NCBI GenBank assembly: GCA_029938595.1
Contig: JAOZUP010000001.1
Span: forward strand, 1,774 to 45,870
DNA length: 44,097 nucleotides
Origin: Thermoanaerobaculales bacterium
GTDB taxonomy: Bacteria; Acidobacteriota; Thermoanaerobaculia; Thermoanaerobaculales; Sulfomarinibacteraceae
Direction: 5' to 3'
Positions 24,608 to 32,051 of the stretch are shown here, piece by piece. The notes below the pieces were generated by a model. That model did not search any database. It had not been told where the DNA came from and worked only from the letters and a program-made list of their open reading frames with translations. The first letter of the stretch is position 1. Every line of letters begins with the position of its first letter. Position numbers and translations under genes: made by a program.

Positions 24608-26456
24608 AGGAATCGGCACAGTTTTCGACTGAGAATCGCGGCGCCGCACGAAGAGCCTTGTGCGCGAGCTGGGAGCGGAATTCCGCGTCGGCGAGGCGGC
24701 GAACCGCCGATTCCAGCTGATTGAGATCTCCGGGGCGATCCACGACCACCCCGGCGCCGGTCTCGTCGAGCACTCGTCCCAGGTCTCCGACCCGGGTGCC
24801 AAGGAACGGTCGGCCCAGCTGGAGGCACTCCAGCATGAAGACGGGCAGGCCTTCAAAGTCGGACACCAGGCAGCCGATATCGGCCGCGACGATCAGATCC
24901 GGAATGTCCATGCGAAAGGCCAGTCGGCGGATGTTGATCCCGGGTCGGGCCGCGATGGCCTCGTCGATCCGATCCTCGAGATCGCCGCCGCCGACTACCA
25001 GAAAGTGAATGTGCTCCAGGTCCCGAACTCGTTCAGCCAGCTGGACCAGATCGAGGGGCCGTTTCTGGGGGTGCATCCTCGCCGCGGTCAGAAAAACGAC
25101 ATCGTCCTCGCGGAAACCGAGTTCCTTCCGCAGAGAGCGTCGAATCTCGTCACGCCGCGTCGGGGAGGGAAGATCGTCGTCCGCTCGCCCGCACGGCCAG
25201 ATCACGGGCACGCGTTCCGCCGGCCAATCACGAGACTCCGTCAACGCCTGCGCAATATGGTGGTTTTCGGCCACGCACGCATCGACCGCCGCCAGGAGCC
25301 CACGATCATACCGTTCGATATAGCCAATCTCGTGATCATAGAGGTGATCGATGATCCGCAGATTCGGCCGCTTTTCTTTGAGGCGTGGCGCGAAGTCGTA
25401 GAAGAGAGTCGTTCCATTGGCGTTGTAGATGATCTCGGCACCGGTCGTATCGAGAATAGATTCAAGGATTCCGAGCATGACGTCGGGGTGTACGAGGTCA
25501 CCCAGACAGAACAGCCTGTCGGTTATAGCCCTGAAATCATCGCGTCGATCGCCGAGGGTCTCTCGATGCGGGGCAAGGGTGGCGATGGAGAAGTCGAAGC
25601 GGTCAGCGAGCTGGTTCATGGTCGCGTGGAGCGTCTGCTCGGCCCCGCCGCGAGCGAGAAAGGGCACCGTTACCAGCACCGCCGGGAGGGGGTGTAGGCG
25701 CGGACGGCGTTCGATGAGGGCCGCGTCCCGCACAGGGACCATCAATGTCTGTGGAAGCTCGGTCGTGCTGAGGTAGGGCCCTCGCCGAAGATGGTTGAAT
25801 CGGTCGGAGTCCCGTGCGGGTTCCGACCCATCACGCGGATCGATGAGCTTGACCAACCGCGGGTTCTTCAGTGGCCGAATCTCATCGGCGCTGACGTCCC
25901 AAGCATAAGCGTCGGACCGATAGAGTCCTCTGGTGCAGTGTGGTTTCTCGTGGGCGTGGTCCGCCTCTGTGAGAGGCACATCAGAGTCCGGGCACCCGCC
26001 TTCGAGAAGGACGACCGCATCGACATCCTCCGCCGCGGCTACGAGAAAGCAGGACTCGAGGTGGGTGGGGAGCACCTCCGGCAGAGAACCGGGGGCCGCA
26101 AACCAGAAGGGGGGATCAGACGGCGATGGAGCGTCATCCGGGGGTACTCGCCACAGCTCCCCTCCATCCCCGTCGACTCCAACCACCACGAGCTCAGTCA
26201 ATGTCTGCCGGTCGTGCCACGTCTGCGCCTCCGACCAGGAAACGCCGTTCGGCCCGTCGGACCTGCACCATAAAGTTACCGGCAGTTGTCCCGGCGGGCC
26301 CTGATCGGCAAAGTGGTAAGCGAAGGATCCAGCCGGTTCGCCGTGTGCGAGTCGACCCAGGTACCGACGATCTTTGATCCATCGGAAGATGGGTTTGAGT
26401 GCGCTGCGGGCTGTTTCGAGCATTTCCAATGGGCTCCCAGGGCTCGCGTCCGGCAT
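24579..26456 (-). CDS. Paralog of the previous gene: unassigned N-domain + GT4 glycosyltransferase
   Basis: GT4 part: VPFLARGGAEQTLHATMNQL ... FEGLPVFMLECLQLGRPFLGTRVGDL. N-domain contains LPTHLESCFLVAAAEDV. Start at ATG 26456 or 26423. The track extension to 26807 overlaps the divergent GT2 gene. Confidence 0.7.
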   Translation of the reverse strand: MPDASPGSPLEMLETARSALKPIFRWIKDRRYLGRLAHGEPAGSFAYHFADQGPPGQLPVTLWCRSDGPNGVSWSEAQTWHDRQTLTELVVVGVDGDGGELWRVPPDDAPSPSDPPFWFAAPGSLPEVLPTHLESCFLVAAAEDVDAVVLLEGGCPDSDVPLTEADHAHEKPHCTRGLYRSDAYAWDVSADEIRPLKNPRLVKLIDPRDGSEPARDSDRFNHLRRGPYLSTTELPQTLMVPVRDAALIERRPRLHPLPAVLVTVPFLARGGAEQTLHATMNQLADRFDFSIATLAPHRETLGDRRDDFRAITDRLFCLGDLVHPDVMLGILESILDTTGAEIIYNANGTTLFYDFAPRLKEKRPNLRIIDHLYDHEIGYIERYDRGLLAAVDACVAENHHIAQALTESRDWPAERVPVIWPCGRADDDLPSPTRRDEIRRSLRKELGFREDDVVFLTAARMHPQKRPLDLVQLAERVRDLEHIHFLVVGGGDLEDRIDEAIAARPGINIRRLAFRMDIPDLIVAADIGCLVSDFEGLPVFMLECLQLGRPFLGTRVGDLGRVLDETGAGVVVDRPGDLNQLESAVRRLADAEFRSQLAHKALRAAPRFSVENCADSYAAVFLGAD

Positions 26457-26589
26457 CGTGGTGTGCCCACGATACACCAGGGCGGCGGTCGGCGAATAAA
26501 TCCTCAAGCCTCCAATGCGATCGATGTTCCTCGAGAAGTCGACTGGCCGCCAGAACAGTACCGGGAAACTTGGCGGCGGGCTCTGTAGA

Positions 26590-27570
26590 ATGCGCGTGAC
26601 GATGACAAGTTTTTCACCCGACGTCTCCGTGGTCGTGTGCACGCAGAACCGATCCGCTCTTCTGGGCCGGGTGTGTCGAGAAGCGCTCCAGCAAAAACTG
26701 TCCGGGCAACAGTGGGAGCTTGTGATCGTCGACAACTGCTCGACCGACGATACCCAGGATATCGCCCGGGCGATTGAGTCCGAAAATCCCGAGAACGTGT
26801 GCGTCATCCAGGAAACCGAGTTGGGTTTGTCGGCGGCCCGAAACGCGGGCGTTCGTTCGTCGCGGGGTGAGTATGTCGTTTTCCTGGATGACGACGCCTT
26901 CCCGGAGCCGGGTTGGTTACAGGCGATTGTCGGAGCACTTCAATCAGGAGGGATCCGGTGTGCTGGAGGCCCGGTCCAGCCGCTGTTCCAGGGCGAGCTG
27001 CCGCGCTGGTTTCTTGGCAGGTTCCTGCCGTATCTGTCGGTGTGGGATCTCGGTGACAAAGAGCGCGAGCTCACCTACGACGAGTATCCACGCGGGGCGA
27101 ACATCGGTTTTCGGAAGAACGCGCTCGAAGCCGCCGGTGGTTTCTGCACCGACCTCGGCCGAAAGGGAAACAACCTGCTGTCGTGCGAGGAGACCGAACT
27201 CTGTCTCCGAATCGAGAGATTGGGCGGACGAATCGTGTATGCGCCGGAGGCGCGGGTCCGCCATCTCATCAATATCGAACGCATCTCGCCAACGTGGCTG
27301 ATCGAGAGGTTCGAGGCACAGGGGAGGTCGGAGGCAATTATCAATTGGCGCCACGGTGGACTTCAGGCGCTGATCCAGGGGACACGAACCTTCTCAAATC
27401 GTTGGCGGGCGGCGGCGAGCGAAATCGACAACGGCGGCGACCTCTTTGTCCGTTGCCAGCGCCGTTCGTTCTTCGGCTACCTGAGAGGCAGTCTCCCAGC
27501 CCTCCTCACGGTTGATCGCTGTCGCTGGCCCAAGGGATCAAGACCCGCCCGGTGGGCGCCGTCGCGATAG
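26590..27570 (+). CDS. Family 2 glycosyltransferase
   Basis: DVSVVVCTQNRSALLGRVCREAL, LVIVDNCSTDDT, VVFLDDDAFPEPGW, CEETELCLRIERLGGRIVY. Start at ATG 26590 or 26602. Confidence 0.8.
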   Translation: MRVTMTSFSPDVSVVVCTQNRSALLGRVCREALQQKLSGQQWELVIVDNCSTDDTQDIARAIESENPENVCVIQETELGLSAARNAGVRSSRGEYVVFLDDDAFPEPGWLQAIVGALQSGGIRCAGGPVQPLFQGELPRWFLGRFLPYLSVWDLGDKERELTYDEYPRGANIGFRKNALEAAGGFCTDLGRKGNNLLSCEETELCLRIERLGGRIVYAPEARVRHLINIERISPTWLIERFEAQGRSEAIINWRHGGLQALIQGTRTFSNRWRAAASEIDNGGDLFVRCQRRSFFGYLRGSLPALLTVDRCRWPKGSRPARWAPSR

Positions 27571-27610
27571 CTCGCTGACGACCCGAAACGCTCACCGAGG
27601 AACCCACTGG

Positions 27611-30484
27611 CTAGTGGAGCACTCGCCGCAAGAAGTGGTTGCCCCACCACAGGGCAGCGGGTCTCAGGAGAGGGAAGGCGATCTCGGCGATCAACCGTGC
27701 CTCATTCTGTTGCAGACCGAAGCGGAGTTCCCGCCAGACCTTCGGCGTCAGCACGTCGGATATGGCGTCGATGAGTCGGTATTTTTCTCCGAGAGTACGC
27801 CAGCCGTAGCCTTCGCTCGCACACCGCCGGAAGAGGCTGCGCAGCCCGTAGTTGTGCGAGTGAAAGATCCGGACATCCGGCAGAGAGACGATCTCATACC
27901 CGGCGTCGATGATCTCGCGTTGCCACTTCTTGTCTTCGAGAATCGGTGCCCAACCGAAACGATAACGGTCCCAGATCACGCGTCGTATGGCGCAGTTGGC
28001 TGTTGAAAACCCGACGCCGCCGTATCGCTCGATCCACCGGTGCGATTCGCTCGTGAAGTAAAACCGTTCACCGGCGGTGCCCCAAAAAAAGCGCCGCTCT
28101 GGATCGAGCACGTCCGTGCTTCCGCCCTGCACCGCGGCGACTGTCCCGGATGCGTCGCGTCGGAGTGGTTCGACGAGCTGCTCGAGCCAATCGTTGCGGA
28201 TAGGCACAGCGTCCTGGCTCAGAAAGACGAGGATCTTGCCCCGTGCGAGCGACGCGGCGTGGTCACGGGTGAAGCCGTGGTTGAAATCCCGCTGCTCGAC
28301 ACTGGAGACTCGGGCTCCGTGACGCCGCATGAGGTCGAGATCGCGGTCACTCGATCCCGAGTCGACGCAGACGATCTCGTACTCGAAATCCGTTTTCTGG
28401 TTGCGGATCGATTCCAAACAACGCTCGAAATCCGCCCCACCGTTGAGGGTCGGTATGACGATCGAGACACTGGGAGCAGTTTCCCGGTCGATGCCGCGGA
28501 CGTCGACGGGGATAGTCTCGTCGGCCGTGGCCGCGGAATTCGCAGACCGTCTCTTTTCTTCCGGTATCAGTTCGAGGTAATTCCTAAACGTCCTTTGTGC
28601 GACAAAGCGCCAATCGTATCGGTCTCGTGCCAGCTCGCATGCGGCGGTCGATATGGAGGTGTTCAAAGATTCATCCGTCAGCAGGCGTTCGATGGCGCCG
28701 GCGAAGTCCATCGCCCGGTCCGCGATCAGAATATTCGTGCCGTCTTCAGCCTCGATTCCCTCCGCCCCGAGAGTAGTTGAGACCACAGGGATCCCGGCGG
28801 CAAAGGATTCGAGAATCTTGAGGCGAGTACCGGACCCGGCGCGAATAGGGGCCACCATGACGAGGTGGCGGTGGTAGTACGGGCGTGGATCGGGCACCTC
28901 GCCCTCGATGGTGACCCCGGGTTGGTCCGTAATCTGGCGCACCCGATCCGACGGGTTGGCACCGACGATCGTCAGCCGGGCGTCCGGCACGCGGAGGCGA
29001 AGCAGGGGCCAGATGTCCTTGAGCAGGAATTCGAGGGCGTCGACGTTGGGAAGATGGTTGAAGTTGCCGACAAACAGCACCCCATGGCGAACCGAATCGG
29101 GGTCGGGGGCACGGAATTCTTTGGTATTTACCGCATTGGGTGCGACGCAGAGGCGGGACGTTCCATCGGCGAGGAACCGGCCGAGGTATTTGGCGTCGGT
29201 CTTGGACATGGCGTACATCTGTTGGACGCGGCGGCAGATCTGAATCTCGTAGCGAAACAGCCTCAACAGGTCCACTGTGGAAGAGCGGACAATCCGTGCC
29301 TCGGCGAAACGGTTGTGGAAACCGAGCTTGCGGCGTCGGCGATGGCTACGGAAGGCGACGTCGTGTTCAGTTAAAACGACGGGTACGCCCGCGGGGGCCG
29401 CGTCTCGGTACTGTCCCAACTCCGCGTGCTCGAGCTGCACAATATCGATATCGTGAGCGACGATGATGTCTCGTATTTTTGCAGCCGCCCGGTCGGACCT
29501 GAAAACCTCGGCGATGGCCGGTCTGAGACCAAATGGATCCGGTTTCAACTTTGGGACCAACGGATGGTAGCTGATCCGGGAACAATAGGGCTCGAGGGCT
29601 TCTCGTTCCTCCGGATTTTCCCCGTGGGGGGAGAAGATCAGGACGTGAATCTCGCAGCTGTCAGAGAGCTCACGAATGAGGTTCACCAGCCGCACCGCGG
29701 AACCGTGGTTGGGTGGGTGGAGGTGGTAGGGGGAAACTACCAGCACCCGGGGACGGAAGGATTCCTTGTGATTGTCGGAGACGTGGGCAGGAGATTCGAG
29801 ATCGGAGTGTCCGTCTGCACGCAGTTTCGACCGAAGAGTGGTCGCCGCGGCCCACGCCGCCGTGTAAATTGTTCCGGGGAGCTTGGTGGCATGTGTGACC
29901 ACCAGGACGACAGCCCGCACGGGCAACAAGAGTGTTTCTTTCCCAAGCCTGCAAATGGCCCCCAGCAGAGAGAGGAAAGACCTCAGCCTTTCCTGAAACC
30001 TCCGATAAGGACGCCACCCGTACCACAGATCCGACGATCGGATATCCCGCAGGCGGTGTTCCGCGTGTCGCCACTCGCCGTAGTAGCCGTCACGCTCGTA
30101 GGTGATCCGATTCAGCTGCGATTCCAGGTCCAGCGCCTGTTGAGGAAGCCAGCGTGCTGCGGAGCTGGGCCCTGCCGAAGCGGGAATTTTCTTGGGGATC
30201 CTGTCTTCGGGAGGACGAGCCTCGATCGCCTCCACAAGCGAGTCCGGGATGCTCTCGGAATTGGGCCGATCCAGAAACCGTCCGATGGCCGTCGATGGCT
30301 TGGACACACGCCACATGAGAGACGAACGGATCTTGCGGATTCTGTCTTCCGCGTGCTTCCACTCGTTGTAATAGCAGTCGCGCTCTTCCTCGATGCGCCG
30401 AAATTTCCTTTCCCTTGTATCGATCGGCCGCAGGCGATCATCGGATTCCGTTCGGGTGGGTTCAGACTTGAATGCCGTGGTCAT
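27611..30484 (-). CDS. Tri-modular glycosyltransferase: duplicated N-terminal helical motif + GT4 domain + GT2 domain
   Basis: GT4: RVLVVSPYHLHPPNHGSAVRLVNL ... GTRLKILESFAAGIPVVSTTLGAEGI. GT2: VSIVIPTLNGGADFERCLESI, IVCVDSGSSD, LVFLSQDAVP. Start placed at ATG 30484 because it forms an ATGA overlap with the upstream methyltransferase stop. The track start is 30517. Confidence 0.8.
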   Translation of the reverse strand: MTTAFKSEPTRTESDDRLRPIDTRERKFRRIEEERDCYYNEWKHAEDRIRKIRSSLMWRVSKPSTAIGRFLDRPNSESIPDSLVEAIEARPPEDRIPKKIPASAGPSSAARWLPQQALDLESQLNRITYERDGYYGEWRHAEHRLRDIRSSDLWYGWRPYRRFQERLRSFLSLLGAICRLGKETLLLPVRAVVLVVTHATKLPGTIYTAAWAAATTLRSKLRADGHSDLESPAHVSDNHKESFRPRVLVVSPYHLHPPNHGSAVRLVNLIRELSDSCEIHVLIFSPHGENPEEREALEPYCSRISYHPLVPKLKPDPFGLRPAIAEVFRSDRAAAKIRDIIVAHDIDIVQLEHAELGQYRDAAPAGVPVVLTEHDVAFRSHRRRRKLGFHNRFAEARIVRSSTVDLLRLFRYEIQICRRVQQMYAMSKTDAKYLGRFLADGTSRLCVAPNAVNTKEFRAPDPDSVRHGVLFVGNFNHLPNVDALEFLLKDIWPLLRLRVPDARLTIVGANPSDRVRQITDQPGVTIEGEVPDPRPYYHRHLVMVAPIRAGSGTRLKILESFAAGIPVVSTTLGAEGIEAEDGTNILIADRAMDFAGAIERLLTDESLNTSISTAACELARDRYDWRFVAQRTFRNYLELIPEEKRRSANSAATADETIPVDVRGIDRETAPSVSIVIPTLNGGADFERCLESIRNQKTDFEYEIVCVDSGSSDRDLDLMRRHGARVSSVEQRDFNHGFTRDHAASLARGKILVFLSQDAVPIRNDWLEQLVEPLRRDASGTVAAVQGGSTDVLDPERRFFWGTAGERFYFTSESHRWIERYGGVGFSTANCAIRRVIWDRYRFGWAPILEDKKWQREIIDAGYEIVSLPDVRIFHSHNYGLRSLFRRCASEGYGWRTLGEKYRLIDAISDVLTPKVWRELRFGLQQNEARLIAEIAFPLLRPAALWWGNHFLRRVLH

Positions 30485-31077
30485 TGTCGGTTCATGATGT
30501 ACGGCTGTTGATTCCATTCGGCGCGATGAAAGCCGTCGCTCATTTTTCGAAAAACCGAGGTCTTTGCGAACTCCATCACAGAGTCCCAGTAGGGATCTTC
30601 CGTCATGAAATCGCGCAGAACAGCGCCGGTGAGGAGTTGGGTGTCATCGACGACCATCAAACCGCCGACGTCGAGCATCAGGGCGCCGTAATACCAATCA
30701 ATGTAGGGAGACGGAAACGCGTGCCGACCGTCTACGAGGAAGAGATCAAGGTCGTAGGTGTCGAGCAGGCTTGGCAGAGTTGTTTCCGAGTTTCCTTCCT
30801 TTAGGGTGGTCTGTCCAAGATCGATGCCGTGTCGTCCGCAGAATGTGCGGATTTTTTCAAATTCATAGGGTGACGGGGCGATGGCAGTATGCAAGCACTC
30901 CGAGTACGCAAACACGACTGTGCTCATCCCGGCGCCGGTCTCCATGGTCCGGCTGCCACGCTGCACATGATCCGCGATAAATTGCAGAACGTCGTCCCCG
31001 ATGGCCCACGATATGGGCTCGCCGTTCTCATCCTGGTGAAATTGGGGATGGAGGCTCAATAATTCTGTGATGTTCAT
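30481..31077 (-). CDS. Probable class I SAM-dependent methyltransferase (Methyltransf_24/CmcI-like)
   Basis: From ATG 31077: MNITELLS.... Glycine-rich motif-I-like TMETGAGMSTVVFA, then DLFLVDGRHAFPSPYIDWYY and GGLMVVDDT. Assignment by motif resemblance only. Confidence 0.55.
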   Translation of the reverse strand: MNITELLSLHPQFHQDENGEPISWAIGDDVLQFIADHVQRGSRTMETGAGMSTVVFAYSECLHTAIAPSPYEFEKIRTFCGRHGIDLGQTTLKEGNSETTLPSLLDTYDLDLFLVDGRHAFPSPYIDWYYGALMLDVGGLMVVDDTQLLTGAVLRDFMTEDPYWDSVMEFAKTSVFRKMSDGFHRAEWNQQPYIMNRQ

Positions 31078-31281
31078 CAGACGAATCTCCTTCGAAATCG
31101 AGGGTAACTCCCTCCACAAACGAGCCGACACTCACTGCCGGCCATTTAAACCGCCACGGAGTCCCAAACATCCTACCCTCATCCGTTACCTCCGGGCCTC
31201 GAACTCGTCTTATACTACAAGGGTTGGGAAAGCGTTCGGCTTGACCGATCCATAAAACCGCTAAGGGGAGGTACGACGCTC

Positions 31282-31941
31282 ATGACCAAGAAGCAACTAG
31301 TTGTCCTGGTGGGTGTGCTTTTGTTAGCAAGTCCGGTTGCCTTTGCGAACGACATGGCTGTCAATGATACGAACCCGATATCGGGATCGTGGGATCTGCA
31401 ATTGACCATGACAGGTGACAGCACTCCGGCTTATGTTGAGACGGACTCTCCGATTGCGGAGCCGGGAATTTCGATCGAATTCAAGCTGATGGTCACGGAT
31501 CTGGACATGGGCGGTTCCTCCGGTATGCGCAACCTCCGTGTTGTAAAGGGGCTGTCGACGTTTCCTGCGCCCGGTGCGGTTGGGATGGAACACATGGTCC
31601 TGTTCTTGAAGAGGCCATTTGATGGTTCTTCCAACTACCGGATTCGACTCATGACGGGCACCGATGCAGGTTTCTTTACCTCGTGCGGGGAGGGTTTCTT
31701 CGCGATACCGAATGTGGCCAAAACGGTCAGGATTGAGTGGGTGACGGGCACTGGGGCCTGGACCAACGATGCTCGATGCAGTCTCTTTATCAACGATGTA
31801 TTGGTTGGGGAACAAACCACCTCGAACTTCCAGGATTACAATGTTGACGCTGTTCGTTTCGGTATCTTCCAACCCACGGTTCCGGCGGAAGGCAGCGGGT
31901 CGTACCAAGTCGACGACGTCGTCCTGACTCGCCTCCCGTAG
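31282..31941 (+). CDS. Secreted hypothetical protein (beta-rich, lectin/LamG-like impression)
   Basis: Signal peptide MTKKQLVVLVGVLLLASPVAFA. AAGGGGAGG ribosome-binding site 8 nt upstream. Followed by a strong intrinsic terminator. No catalytic motif recognised. Confidence 0.6.
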   Translation: MTKKQLVVLVGVLLLASPVAFANDMAVNDTNPISGSWDLQLTMTGDSTPAYVETDSPIAEPGISIEFKLMVTDLDMGGSSGMRNLRVVKGLSTFPAPGAVGMEHMVLFLKRPFDGSSNYRIRLMTGTDAGFFTSCGEGFFAIPNVAKTVRIEWVTGTGAWTNDARCSLFINDVLVGEQTTSNFQDYNVDAVRFGIFQPTVPAEGSGSYQVDDVVLTRLP

Positions 31942-31994
31942 AGGTGTCAGAGCGGTTGCCTCGGTCTCTCTGACGCAATCGCAAGGTGAACGTG

Positions 31995-32030
31995 GTAGCC
32001 CGGAGATAGCTCCGGGCTACTGCTTTTTTT
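31995..32030 (+). terminator. Rho-independent terminator
   Basis: Perfect 11-bp stem gtagcccggag / ctccgggctac with loop atag, followed by tgcTTTTTTT. Confidence 0.85.
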
Positions 32031-32051
32031 CTCGTCGGTGAGATGACCGGG

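Noticed and set aside
23471-25697. Plus-strand ORFs 23471-24349 (292 aa) and 24660-25697 (345 aa)
   Set aside because: They are antisense to the two GT4 fusion genes, which carry the conserved GT4 motifs.
26540-26592. Promoter call (GGAAAC-N16-TAGAAT) upstream of the GT2 gene at 26590
   Set aside because: The putative -10 overlaps the first candidate ATG and the promoter consensus of this organism is unknown. The evidence is insufficient.
29426-30511. 361-aa plus-strand ORF
   Set aside because: It is antisense to the tri-modular glycosyltransferase.
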